Shown piece after piece: positions 12,696-27,200 of a stretch of DNA of 64,000 bases (position 1 is its first letter; every line of letters starts with the position of its first letter). Source of the stretch: Daphnia carinata. Taxonomy: Eukaryota. The notes below the pieces were generated by a model. The model saw only the letters and a list, made by a program, of their open reading frames with translations, was not told where the DNA came from and made no database searches. Both the position numbers and the translations under genes were made by a program. The DNA lies in NCBI RefSeq assembly GCF_022539665.2, contig NC_081333.1:10354001-10418000 (forward strand), given 5' to 3'.

Positions 12696-15600
12696 GCAAT
12701 GGAAGAAAAAGTACAGAAAAAAATAGGAACGTTTTGCCCTCTGGTTGACTCCCGCATTGCAGGATGGGTTGTGGTATGCCGCTCACGGACTAGATTCCCA
12801 GCCGCGATAGTCGTGGCCGTTCACGCGCGCGCACGCCCGTACGCGGGGCAACCAACTCTTTTTTTTTTTTTTTTTCTTTTCTTCCATTTATTTATATTTT
12901 TGAAATTTTCGTTCTCTCGGCATCACGGACGACCTTTCCACTCCTTTCATCCCTTTTTTTTTTTGTTGTTGCTTGTTCTTCATCATCATCGTCCTCATCA
13001 CGCATCGTCTTCGTCTTCCTTTTCAACTGTCAATATTCGTGAAAAAGCGCATCGACAGCCAGCGTGAAGGTCGACCTGTAACTTCCCCATTCCAAACTTC
13101 CTGCCTTGTCTCCTTATTTTGCTATTTAGCGAGCCAACAATTTTGAATTTTCGTTTTTTTTTTTTTTTTGTTTGAATCTTTTATTTGTTTAGTTTTTACT
13201 TTTCTTTCATTCTCGTTTCGCGTTTTTCTTCAATATATTTAGGGCCTGCGTGCGTGCGTGAGTGGTGTGTGTAGTTGAGTTTCTTCATTACCTTTTCTTT
13301 AGGATTTTTTATATCTCTCCTCTTTTCTATCAACAGTTTTTTTTTTGTGTGTGTGTGTGTGTGTGTTTGGCGAGTTCTTCGACGACCATTTTGCCACGTT
13401 CCCATCTCTCTCTCTTTCTCTCTGCTGGTTATTTTTAAGGGGAAGTTTCGGGCCAGCTGTCTAGCGTAGTATTATACTCACGGCTCCCGCTGCCCGAGCT
13501 GCGTTTTTGACGAGCTGCTATAAATTTGTATTTTTTTTTTTTTCCTCCAAAGAGGTGGAAGAAGTTGTTGCATGTGTGTGTGTGTAAACAGACTACTGCT
13601 GTGGATGTGGAACGAACAGTTATAGTGGAGAAGGTATACCGGGCCAACAAAACAAAACAAAAAAAACGACTTGCTTTCGATGGCCAAATGCGAGCCATGT
13701 TTGATGGATGGTTACGGATCAGCTGCAGCATCGCTAACTCCGCCTATCCCATAGCTCTTTTTTTTTTTTTTTGTAAACTTCCTCTGCAGCCCTGCCATCC
13801 ATGCCATTCTGGTGATGGATAGATGGTGGACAGGTGAAGGAGCTCTGGCACGCGAGAACTCGCGCCAATACTTTCAGCGGAGAAAGATCCCGAGTTTAGA
13901 CGGACACGACATTCCATGAGGTTAAAAAACTAACTTGGAAACGCAGCAGATCTGTCTGTGTGAAATCACATTACTTAGAGAGATGATAACCAGAAGGGAG
14001 AGGAAAAGAAGGACGTGCGATAGATCAATGATGCAAAAGCATGCAATTCTCGGACCAAACGCTAAGCGAACATTCGAAATCCTTCTGTTTTCAACGGCTC
14101 GCTGTCCTTCCTCTCACGTTCAACTTTTTTTCCTTGTTCCAAAACTGTTCCCGTCAAATGGCAATGCCATGAAAGATGGACTAGTCACTGAAGTAGAAGA
14201 CGTCCGCCACTAGAAAACACAGAGCAACGTGAGCTGTTTCAAGTTTTGTGGCCTTCAAAAAAAGATGTCCAATACGAGAGCAAGAGAATGAAAAAGATAG
14301 GAAAGATTGAAAAGCTGTTGAATGATTTCGATAGTGCGCTGTTACGCTGCAACGGCTTTTCAACAACGCCAAAAGAAAAAAAAAAAGGGGAACAAACAAG
14401 AAAGACACAGACAAGGCAAAAAACAAAAACGAAATGATGGCAGAGTACTAAGGAAGTTGTTCGTGAAAGAATGAGATGTTGTGTCTATTTGGGATGGCAT
14501 GAAGCTACTGCAGGCCGACCATTGGGGACGTTGATAGATTGTCAATAATCTTGGTTTCGTAGGTTTGCTTGAACGCAGTAAAGTTACAAGTCGCTTAGAA
14601 AGAGAGGCGCTGGTCTGTCGAAGAGCCAAGTTTTGACGTGCCCGTGTGTGAGCGTTGGCGGCCAGCTCATGCGTATACGTCAACCGATTCAACTCGTCAT
14701 TGAACGCCAACGTCTTCTTCAACTTTTTTTTCCCCCCTTCATTTCTCTCGTTTGTATCGCGGGAACACTTTAACGAAAAGTTACACAGCTCCCCTTTCTA
14801 ATTCTCTTAGACAGCAGCCACCCCCTCTCTCTCCAAAAGAAAAGAAACAAAAAAAATTCCATCAAATTTTCAATAGGTGTCGGCGAGTTGTCCCTAATTT
14901 AGATCTCTCTTTTCTGTATCTACAGTTCACTGTTTTATTTCATTTTATTTCCTGTATACTCCTTCAATTGAAAGCGGTAAAAAACATTGACCCGTTCTTT
15001 TGGGTTTTTGGCTGCAAATAGTTGGACGGCGACTGTTCGTGACAGTGAATAGAAAAGTCAGGCAGATTGATCATCAATAAGTTAAAACTATCGACTGGGC
15101 TGGCATTTGCCTACACCACACCGTCAGCCAGTGGGAAGTGGTTTGAAAAGAGGAAAAGGACTAAGCCGTTTGCCATGTCACTTCCTCGGTTCTGCCGTGT
15201 GTATTGCCGAATGTCAAATCGATTTACTCGATCAAGTTTTAGGAGAAGACAAAGGGCGAGCTGGTTGTGATTTGTCATTTTTCTTTAAGACAAGACATTC
15301 AAAAATGTTTTCCTTTTCGTTCGCCCTTTCCAATTTGCTGTCGCTTGTTTTTATTGTTTGTCGCTGCTGTCGTGCACTGGACACAAGAGTGGAGGCGGTC
15401 AGGTGAAAAGGCGGCCAGGTGGGGCGTCGTAAGGCCACGGAAGTCAACTCGTGACGTTGTCTCTTTTTTTTTTTTTTTTCTCCTTTTCTCCATTGCGTAT
15501 CTATAAGCATCCGGGCGGCGCAACACGTTCCATTTGAGGACACAGATTTGACCCTAAAGATAAAAAAGCCCTGGCCTCTCTTGATTGACTCCCAACAGTT

Positions 15601-17550
15601 TCGGCTGCAACGATGACTGTCGCTCTCCTTTTTTTCGCCTGTGCGTCTCTTGTTCTTTTCATTCCCACTTTTTATTCACTTATTCTTCTTCGTCTTCAAC
15701 ATTCCTATTGGCATATCAGTTCTTCGTCATCGTTCACGGTCCGACAGGAACAGCCCGCCCACCTGGCCTCAATTCCTTCTCTGCATTCCTTTTATTTGAT
15801 TTCACATTTCTTTTTTTTTTTTTTTTCTAAGTATTTATTGCCTGCTTTCAAATAGAATTGTGGCTTGATTAATGATAGATGGTCACCAATCAAAGTCCGA
15901 AGAAACGATTGACCAGTTTGTTCATCAACGTGTCGACTTCAATCACGAACTCTCGCTCAAAGAAAGGCCAACATTTTGCAATTCGTTTTGTGTTTTCTGC
16001 GCGTTCTATTGTGACCATGTCTTGACAAACGTCGACACGCTTCATTGGCTCCAGTTTGGACGGGGGCAACGTTAAGCCAGTGAAAACTATTGCAGCGTAG
16101 AAAATGATGTAGAAATAAAGATGCCGAGACATCAATGTATTTATATATATATAAGGAAATACATATACTGTATATACTATATATAAATATAAAATAAGGA
16201 AGTCTGATGCATCAGACAGGGGATTGAGAGACTGAGGAATGGCGCACGCTCAGCCAACACAACGCAGAATTTAGTACATTGTCACGGAATGGGCTTTTCA
16301 GCGAGACTGGTGTAATTAGTATCGATCTCCCTTCTTTCTTTTTTTTGGCTGTAATGTGGATAAAGTCATAGCCAACCGAAATTGTCCAAAATCAATGGCA
16401 CAAAAAAAGGAAACAACGCGGAAGAGAGAGAGGGGGAACGAATAGCAAAACTTTTGAGTTCTTTCTCTTTGACATTTCGAATTGACGTTATCCCGACTGA
16501 TGCCTTTTGGCCTTTTGGCTCTGTGCTCCACACTTACTTCAAAGACGAGTATGTCACTGTCAATCATGTCCACCCCGACTCCCGTGCCGATCGATTTCTC
16601 CGCGTCGCAAGGGACTTTGATTTCGATTTTTCTTTTTCTTTTTTTTTCCAAGTGTCTTGTAAATGTAAAAGTCAACAGCTGACCCGCCAAGTCCAACGTA
16701 ATTTGCGTATCTCCGTACCAAATCACTGCCGCTGTCACTTTGAATAAGATCGGGCTACGCTGCAGGGTGAACGTATGAATAAGTATCTCAAAAAAAGAAC
16801 AAAAAAGGGGGGAAGTTATCTAAACATAAAAATAGTAGCGGTTGACCATCAACGACGCCTTCCTCAGTGGTCAAACTGGTCATTGATTAGCAGATGGTGT
16901 TTGGGGCCATTTGAAACGATCCTTTATTTTCGAAACTACGTTCGCAGCTGTTGTCCAGTTAATCTTCTACGTTCAAAGTGGATACACTCATACACCTCCG
17001 TTCGTACATATATTATCTATAATAATCCAGTGAAGAGCCACTAGCGCAACGGACTATGAATATGCACGCACCAAGTCCCCGGCCCATTTTTTCTTATCGC
17101 CAGTGTATAGTTAGACGGGGCTAGAAAAGAGACGCGAGCTCGTCTCTTTGCGTGCGTGCCTGTCAACAGCTTGCCTCCTCTCCATCAAGTCAGATACGAA
17201 GTTTTTAGAGTGTGTGACGAAGAAAAAAAAAAAAAAAAAAACGGGAAAAGTGTTTGGACGTTCCATCTATTTAGAGCAAGAGCTGCAGTAGAAAAGAATA
17301 ACGACCGGATAGCGAAATAAAACGAGAAGGGGAAGAAAGAAAATAAAAAAAAAGAAAGAAGTTGCAAGAAGCTGGGCTCTTTCCAGTCCGTCTCGCCCTT
17401 TGGCCGTCGTCGTCTCCGTCGTCGATATCGCTGATGTACGAGTCCGTCATTTGACGACAATGGGCCATGAGCCCCTGTGACGCCGATGCTGTATGCTGCC
17501 AACGTCTCCTCCCCATCTCCTATTCTTATCCCTCCTCTTCGGCTCGTTTT

Positions 17551-17580
17551 CTTCTTCTTCTTCTTCTTCTTCTTCTTCTT
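17551..17580. repeat. (CTT)10 microsatellite
   Basis: Direct reading. Confidence 0.9.
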
Positions 17581-20500
17581 CTCCATCGTCTTTCTTTGTT
17601 GGGTAATTTATTGCCAATCATAGACGGGGAGGGACTCCTTTCGCTCCAGGCTGACGGTCCCTCCGTTTCTTTCGTCCGCCCCACTTCTTGCCTACGATTC
17701 CTTAACTCTTGCCATCGCCGCACACACAAGAGCCAGCGTCGTTTGAGGCCATTACGGTCGACTATGGACCATGTTTTGCTAGATGGGAAGCTGCTGCTAG
17801 TCCTCGGCTCTTTTTGGCCGGGGAAAAGCTGGGGTATTATATCGTTGGGGAGAAGAAAAAGAAAAAAAAGAAAAGAGAAGCTTTACACCACACAAACCGG
17901 CATCATCGGCATCATAACTAACCTCTTCAATCTACCCTTACACTTTTCCCTTTGCGTTAAGTCAAAGAATCCAGCAAAGACTAAGCGCAAAAAATTTTTT
18001 TTTTTTTTTTTTTGTTACTCCCTCATCTCTTAGAGGTAGATTGACAAATGGTCTTGAAACCCATCAAACTATGACTTTGGCATATCCAAATATATAAATA
18101 TACCGTAGTTCTTTTGCTAGACAAGAGTATAGGACGACTTGAACGAATAGAAGGAGGAAATAAAGATAAAAGGTTTTTTTTTTTTTTTCGTTTTCTTCAA
18201 CTTTGAAATACATTCCGAAAAAAGAAACTTCTTTTGAATGCACACGGGGTGATTTCTATACGTGAGGTAAAGGGGGGAGGAGGAGGAGGAGGGTGATTCG
18301 GGGTCGGCAGTTAAAGCTGATGGATGGCGCTGGATCATCACATCCTTTAAGGCTGATGTATATTTCTCTTCTTCTTCTTCTTTTTTTTTTTTTTTTCTTT
18401 GGGATTCTATCCTAATGAAGGTCCTTGTTATAGTTGGGTGGACGACGAGTGGGTGGTAGGGTTGAAGAGTTTGTGGTAGAGGGGGGAGGAAGCTGTCAGT
18501 CTCTCTCCGACCGAGGAGATTTATCGCCAACAGCCCAACCAGGTGATTGGATTGGTAATTAAAACCGCGGGACTTGGGACGGACAGAGGGAAAAAGGAAA
18601 ACGAGGAGATCTATAGATCTTTTTGGCTGCGTCCAGCATTTTCTCCCTGACTCCTCTCTCTCTCTCTCTCTTTCAGACACTACAAATAGCATCCGCTGAT
18701 GATCTATTATATTTAGCCTTCGCCTAAACTCCTTAAAGCTTTTATTTCTTTATTCCGTTACGGCTTGCATAGCCCGTCTTTTGCATTTGCCTTCACTGTT
18801 CGACGTTTTGAAATTTCCCTTTTGTTTTATTGATAATCTAAAGCCGTGCGTTTGCTGTTTTGGCCTCCTCCTTTTAAAGAGATCCCCCCCCCCGCTTTTG
18901 AATCCTGTATTGTGTCCCTTTCCATCCAACGATGATCAAGTGGACTGAGGATAAATGGAGAGCAAAAGAGGGCCCAGTCTGCTTGCCGATATCCATCTGT
19001 CTTCTTCTTCGGCGTGCGTGTGTGTGTGTGTGTGTGTGTGTGTTCTCGAGGTTTTTGTTGTTTGATTGAGGTAACGATGCCGCTCATTTGTGCTGCCGAG
19101 GCGGAAGAAAAGATCCCAGTGAGCAGCAATGGCAGGCGGAATGAGTTGGCCCTGATTCGGCTTTATATATCCATCCATAGGGCTATATGGCAAACGAGAG
19201 AGATAGAGAGATAAAAAAAATAAAAGGGAGAGCGAGCCGAGCAAAAGAGAGGACGAGAGATGCTGCTAAGCCTAGCTGTCGGCCACGACGTCGATCTATA
19301 AGTCTTCTTAATTAAGACTTGAAGAGGCCCCGGCGTCCTCCCGACCTCGACCCACGCGGCCCATGCCATTTGCAGGACGGCCAGCGTGTCTTGCCTGCTC
19401 GGGACTCACGTTCTAACCAAAACTATTAAAAAAATCCCCTAACACACACACACACAAAAAAGGGCTAGCAATCGACATTGCACTTGATAACGTCATAAAC
19501 AGAGCAAAACGAAAACTTGAGAAAACAAAAAAAAATTGCATGGCTAGACTTTGATTTTCGGACTGCGAGCGAAGAACTTTTACATTGTCCTCAATAATAT
19601 CGGGACAATGGACACACCTGTCTGACTACTTTTAAAAGCTATACACTGATATTTGTTTGATCATAATTCATCTTATCAAAGTTGAAGAGGAAAGTGGCAA
19701 GTTGCCGACCATTTGCAGAGCTTTTCAAATTTTTTTTTCCTTGATAACAAAAATAAAAATTCTGCCATTATTATTTGACGTCTATTGTGCTGCGAGCAAT
19801 CCTCTGTTGTCAGCCGGCGTCTCTTTCTTTCATCATTTTCCCTTTTTTTTTTTTTTTCGTCATACCGGGGCTCTGTCATGACTTGACTGTCCGTCTGTCT
19901 GTTTATCCGCGTTCTCTGCCGGTGCTCCTTTTTGGTTTGCCATGCGATAACATTGACCAACCTCTATCCTCCTATCTACCCACTCATCCTCTTCCTTTTG
20001 CTGTCCAATTACTGTCGAATTGAAGACGAGGTAAGAACGTCGACAAAAAAAAAAAGATGTCATCTATTTTCTCGCGTTGATGAAAATGATGTGCCTGAAC
20101 GAGCCAAAAAATGAGGATTTTTGCCTTTAATAATGGGGGTCAATGGAAGGCGTTGTAAAATTTAATTTAAAAAAATGCGCAATATACAAAGTGAGTGCGC
20201 GCGCGCGCGAGAGAGAGAGAGAACAAGAGATGGCCGGTGCAACAGCAGCCAAACACGGAAGAGCTGCTGGTGCCGTTTTGTCGGAATTTTTTCTCTTGAA
20301 AAAAAAAAAAAAAACTGATTTCCCAGAAATCGCGGTGCCTTCGACAATCGGATGAATGGATCAGCGTTTCCTTTATCATCATAATACAGCCCACAGAGAC
20401 GAAATGATAATAAATCTCTCTCTCTTATTTCTGTCCCTTTTCCTTTATCTCTCTCTCCGTATTTATATATATAGATATATATTTAATACAACAACGTAAC

Positions 20501-21103
20501 GTAGCACTGTGTCGACCGACAACTGTGTGTGTACTGCGTTAAGGACGATGAGATAGAAGACGACGAGGGGGTAGGGAAATGACTACGTCTTTGTCAGAGA
20601 TTGACGTCCGGGCGGTGACTCTTCTCTGGTCCATCAGAGTAAAGAAAAGAAAAAAAAGGAGAACTACACAGAAAAGAAAAAAAAAAAAAAGAAATGAAAT
20701 AAAATCTAAAAAAAAAAAAAAAAAAAAAAAATGGGGAGAAAGAGCTTGATTGCGCTGGGGCTGCGCCACAGACATAAAAATTTGCAAGTCAGCTTTCCGC
20801 TGTAGATCTCTTTCGATCAGCTGGAAATATATTATTGACACGCCACGAACTTCATTTCTTTTTTCTTTTTTTCTTTTTCTTTTTCTTTCTTATTATTTAT
20901 TATTATTTCACACACACACACACACACACAAAAAGCGAGGCAACGAGATATAGAAAGTTCCTTGGCCGTCAGGAGCTTTTGTTGTGCTGGCCCCTCTGTG
21001 TGATGAGACTATAGCGTCCACCAAATAATATCTAGGACGGGGCGTGTAAAAAGATGGATGGAAAAGAGCAGCAGCAACCACAGCAGTCAACGTCCTTCGT
21101 AGC

Positions 21104-21114
<11 letters not shown>

Positions 21115-21148
<34 letters not shown>
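21115..21148. repeat. (CT)17 microsatellite
   Basis: Direct reading. One of many GA/CT tracts (others near 6798, 7399, 12665, 41550). Confidence 0.9.
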
Positions 21149-21152
<4 letters not shown>

Positions 21153-24100
21153 TCTCTCCGTGTCTGTTAGGAGATATCTACAGGTCGACGATTATAGATG
21201 ATGGTCCGTCTCGAGGTCCATTCGTCATCGGGCCCCACTGCAGTCGGGGGTCTTCTTTTCTCACTCGTTCGTTAGCTCCGTGGCCTTTCTTTATCGTAGG
21301 AGGGTACGACGCGAGCAAACGGACACACATTTTTTTTTTTGTACGTACCTCAAGCCTGACCAAACACTGGTACACGTCCGTTTTAGCAGTGCGCAAGAGA
21401 GAGGTGCCAACGTCTCTATTGAGTACAGAGACGTTTATTAACTTGAGCAGAGCTCCGTTTTGCTTATTTCGTTTAGTAACGTAGCAGAAACAATGGGACA
21501 ATGTTGGCCGTTTTAGGAAACCCCGTTGTAGGTGGTAGGAGCGAAGCGCAAGTCGCACGACTTCAACAAACATTTGCGCATCGATGCAATCCACTGTGGC
21601 TAGCAGGACTCAAGTCAGGGAAAAATGAAGAGAGATAAAAGGACGTACAAGAAAAGGCCGAGAAGAAAAGAAACAAAAAAAAATGCAAATAAAAATACGG
21701 AGAAAAAAGAAGAAGATGCTTCGTTCGATGTGACGGCCCTACGAGAGAAGGATGAATGGCCGTCATTGGAGGGCGCCATCCTGATTTATATCGTCTCTCT
21801 TTCGTAAATGATAATTAGAAACAAAGGCAAGGAAAAACATCAAATAATAAATAATAAAGGACGAAAAAAAAAAAAGGAGACGCTGACGTCGACGATTTTC
21901 TTTCTGTCTCCTCACGACTCGGACGTCCATCATCCCACTCCCCGTTAGCGCACACACCCGGAAAAAAGACCAAGAAAAAAAAAAAGGGAAATGTAAGAAA
22001 AGAAAAATAGATATACGCATATAAAGAGAGACGTATCCGTGGGGGGGGGGGGAGGGGGGTTACGTTTTCTTTAGCTAAGACCCCAAAAAGACACGTAGAC
22101 AAAAGAGCTACAATCGAAATTCTCTGGAAAAAAATAAAAAGAGAAGAAGGAATGAAGTAATGTGGTTGAATACCTCCACACACAATTCGAAACTCTTCAC
22201 AAATGTCTGGCCGCCACCCACGCACACAGACCATCTGGAATGATTGAAACACAGCGAAACCCACATCATTATTATTTATTTATTTATTTTTTTGTTTTCA
22301 ATGACTCCATTGAACTGGCATCGTGCGACACATTTGAGCGTCATAAAATCAAAACAAATTCAAGTTTTGGTCGAAGAAAATGAGCAGCGAAAACCCGAGA
22401 TTTATCTCTTTGGGATGAAAACTTGATTTTAATCCGCTCTATCATCGTATGCGGCAAATAAGGGAGAGAAGACCCCCACATCTTTGCTTGCTCCACGCAC
22501 CGCAACTCAAAATGCAAAAAATAAAATAAAAATAACAGAAAAATGCCGACTTACTTGTCATGTCTTTGCGGATTACCGTGGCTCTGTAGGAAGGGAGGCC
22601 TGGGCTCAGGTTGCACGTTATGTTTGGCGGCATTGCGGTGCATAATTACCAGCCCGTTCGCGCATATACATATGTCCGAGCTCTTCCCTCTCTCTTCATT
22701 TTGCCTCTCGTCCTTCTTCTGGTAGAGAAAAGAGGGCCTTCGCAGGGCACGCAGGGAGGGAGAAAGCTGTCATTCTATCCGCCGCCGCCGACGTTGTTTC
22801 ACAAGCCGATCAAAGAGGACCCTACCGATTGTGCGACAAGCCTCTTACGATCCAACAATTTTCATAAGGCTTTTTCATTCTTCCTTTTTGCATTGTTCCT
22901 TCCCACTTTTTAGACTCTCGCCCTTTTTCTTGCCTTACCGGTTCAAATGTATTTAGCCAGTAAAAAAAAAAAAAAAAAAAAAAATAGAGGGAACAGAACG
23001 GAGGCTGGCATCAAAAGCTTTCCATGTCAAGAGAGGCCGAAGATGCGGCGTCGTGACGGCTAGCTGATGACAAGCGAAGGCGTCTGCTGAAAAACGATGG
23101 AAACAAAAATATTAAGAGCAAAAAGAAAAGGAGAAGGATGGAACGGGTGAACACGCACTCACACAAGACGGCAAAGAAACAACAAAAACAAAACACGCGT
23201 TTTAAAAAAAAAGGGGGGGGGGGAGAAAAGGATGGACGGGAGTTGGATCCGTCAGCTTGAGCTCGGTCACGTTGTTGCCTCTTTTCGCCCGCACCCAAAT
23301 GCGGACTGACGGCTGTCCGGTATTGCCGCCTCCGAGTCTTGCCCCACTCTCTCCTTTCTTTTGCCCTTTCAACCCAACACATCCGAGAAAACCACACGCT
23401 CCATTATTTCCAACGTGAAGCGACGCCAAACGTAAGGCAATTTCCACACCGGAGCGACGCCATAGCAACTCGTACATTTGATCCGTTTTGACTTTGTCCT
23501 TTTATTAGGTTTTTCTTTTTTCCTTCTATGCGTTGTCGGTCAAAGTGTTAGTCCCGCTCGCCCGTCGCATGTCATTTAAACCGGCCACTCCCTCTACTCC
23601 ATTTTTTTTTTTTGTCCATATATTGGAAGGCGAATGGGATCGTTTTATTCGATTCAAAAGCCCTTTCTTTCTTTTTTTTTTTTTGCATTATATTGTCCTC
23701 AGAACATATCGATCACGTTTGCCTTGTTTGGCTGATGATCTCCCCTTGTTTTCCTTTTCTTTTTCAGTGCGTGAATGACAAAAGCCAATGGCGGCCATCT
23801 TGTTTTTGCAACTTCTTCTTTTTTTTTTTTTTTTCTGGCATTATAGTTGATGGCTTTTGTAATTTGTGCTGTGCGTGCTGGCGCTCTATCCCCCCTTTTT
23901 CTCGGGGTCCCTTAAATGGGTTTGAATCTTAATCTGGCGATGTTATTTGAGCAGTTTGAATGAGCCACTCAACCGTGTATTTTTCTTCCTTCTTTCCCCT
24001 CCTTATTATTCTGAATCACGGGTGGAGATCGAACCCTGAGGAAAGAAAAATAAGAAGATAAAAAAAAAGACAATACTTGAATTCCGTTCATGCCAACCCA

Positions 24101-24183
24101 GGGACAGAAGAAAATTACGGCAGTTGAGTACACACGAAAAAAAGAAATTCAGCGTCTCGTCGATGACGAGTAGAAAAAGGCGG

Positions 24184-24220
<37 letters not shown>

Positions 24221-27200
24221 TTAAATAACGAACTCTATTCTACTCAAAAGACAATCTAATAGACGAAAGCGCACACCATGGTACCGTCTTCTTTATCGAG
24301 TCTTTTCAATCATATCAGGTATCACACAGAGCTGCTTGGAATTACAAGCAATGACGGTCTACACACACACACACAAACGGAATTCCAGCAACCCTTCCAC
24401 CTCTTCTCCCCCCCCCTCACCAAACTAAACAAACAAGACGAATGAAGACCTAATCCTATTTTTTTTTTTCTAAAGCTTTTAATCAAGCATCGTACTGTCC
24501 AATTTTTTTGTTTATTTTGTTGTTCGGTATTTTACGCACTTGCCTGTGTGTTCTTCTTTGTGTTTTTCGCTATTAAAGAAGAAGGGGGGAGTAAAAACTA
24601 AGAGGAAATCGAGTATCGTTGCATTCCCCGTTTGCAATCTGTGTAATGTCTGAGGTAGTTATATCACATGCGGGCACCCACCGGCTGCGCTTTCCGCCTT
24701 TACCTACCGCCATGTCATCAGCACCGTATCCTCTTTATTATTGTTTAACGCCGGAAAATGCGATGGCGTATCGTTGCACAGAGAAAAAGGGAATTTTTTT
24801 TTTCTTCTTCTTCCAACATCACAAGCAAAAAAATTCATATTTTGATCCTTTTTCTCGGATGTGTGTTGTATTTTCCCCCTTTTCTTCCGCTGCGAGGCAC
24901 ATGTGCATACACAAACAGACACGGCCTTTGATCACTTGATCTAGCCGTGGCTACGTCAGTTGAAAAAAAAAAAGACGACAGATCACAGGCAAAGACGATG
25001 GAAATGGATGGAACGGATGCGACGTGGCTTCTCTATCGGTAAACTCGGCCAAAGAGCGAAATATAAAAAAAACAAAAAAAAACATAAAAAAGGAAGGGGG
25101 TAACAAGAGCGACAGGTTGAATCGGGCATCCGAGATTGCGTCGGATGCAGGTCATTCCCATTTGCTTTTCTCAATCCTCTTGTGTCTGTTGCTTTTGTGC
25201 TGCTAGCTCGTGATTGGCCGCACAAGTTTTTGACTCGTTCTTATTTTGCCGTCTCTCTAGTTATTGCCAAAGTCGCTTGTGTTCAATATCTCCACAATCA
25301 CAACACGAAAGGCAAAGAAAAAAAGAGAGAGCCACACTGCCAGTGATCTAGTGGGATGATCAAAGGAACACGGCAAGGGTTGTCAGCGACAGACTTGTCA
25401 AAGAGCCCATCTCAGCCGAAAAACTCTATTAGGACCATAGTGTCGGCACGTAGCTTATTTTTTCTTACCCTAGTCTCTCGTTTGATTCATCGTTCGTAAA
25501 CGCATGGGTTCACGTCGCATCGAACGGTCCTGCACGAGCATACGTCCACCTCCAATGATTTTCAAACGATCCAAATATATCGGCTGTATAGCGCAATAGT
25601 TTCCTTTTTTTAAACAGCAAAATTATCTTTCATACGTTGTACTCGTGTAGCTGATTTCGTTGGTGGATTCAACCAGACGGGCGATTGATTGCTATTTTAT
25701 TTCTATTCTCGGCTTTCCTTGTTCAATCTCACACGTCACATCCATTGCGAAGGCATGAAATTTCGTACGTTTAGGAGAATGGTGATGTCGGCATTTCTGC
25801 AATTTTTTTTTTTATTATTATTATTATTATTTATTCTGTTCCCCTCCCGTCTTTTAGCTCTTGTCTTGTTGTCGTCGTCGTCACTCGCGTCTCGTCATTC
25901 GGTCCGTTTCGGCGCGTTCGCTCGCTCTCTTTTGTCTACTGTCACTGGCGATGACAAGATGATGGAGTCCATGTCAAATGCAGTAGCGATTCTGCTTGTG
26001 ACAGGAGGGGCTTTTCGGGAGCCAACGGGCTAGGGGCACTGCTCTGCTCTGCTCGACATTTCCACGTCACTCGTCAACTCCCGCGCGACTCTGCTCTTTT
26101 TTTTTTTTTTTTTTTTTTTCAATGCTCCCGTTCAACCCCTTATATAACACAGCCTTACCAAAAAAGTTCAATTCTTTTTTTTTTTTTCATTTTCCTTATT
26201 TATTTCCTTTTTTTTTTTTTTTCGACTGCCTGCCCGGTCACTCTCCGTTATACGGCCAGTGCGCTCGACACTTGTCAAACTCCTCGCTGCCCCGTGTCCA
26301 CTTTCTGATGAGAACTCTTTACCTATTTACTGGGTGAACGAATGACAATCAAAAGCAGCTCGAAATTGTGTGTTTCACCATCACTTTTTATGATGCCATT
26401 TCCCTTTTTCGTCCAGCGTTTGCGTGTCGTTTGATTTCTTTCCTTTTTTTTTTCTTTCTTGCTTATCGCGTTGAAATAGAAGCTGTCCGACCAAGCCATT
26501 TGTAATATCTATGGATACATAGACATGCACTAGAAATGATAGGCTTCTCATTTTATGTATGCCAGCGTGTGGACTATTTTTTTTTTTATTTTTTACTTCT
26601 CGTTGTCCGCGTATAGCGAAGTTCCGACTGCAATAGCTGCAACTGACTTTTCCCTTTTTTGAAGCCGATGACAAATGACTGACAATTACCCCTATGCTTT
26701 CTGCTGCCGGCAGCGGCAGTTGACTAACAAACGAACGATGCCTATATTTTTTCTTTTTTTTTTTTTTCGTTTGCCCTACCAATCCAACTGAAATTCTCTT
26801 TCCATTTTTTCCTATTCGTTTTTCTCTACGCCCATCTTCCTCGATATTTGTGTCTTTTACCCTCCGACGTCATAAATTTCAACTGGTGGGCGCCCGTTCG
26901 AGAGGGCGGGTGGGGATTGTCAGTGTGTGTCCCCCTTTTCCTTCTTCAATACGGAGAAAACAGAGAAGGGTAGATCTATAATGACCGGAAGTCGGTCGGG
27001 ACCGTGCTAGTCGGCGTTCGTCATTCCGACAGGCCAGAGTCAATAAATTACATCGCAAAGCAACATTTCTTTCGGGGGAGGGGGGGGGGGGTGGGGGTTG
27101 GTGGACCTTCCCACCCATTCCAACGTCTTTTTTCCTCTTTCGCCCCAAACGAAAAGAAGCTACCCACCCATAGACGACGCCCAAAGGGAATGGAGAGCGA

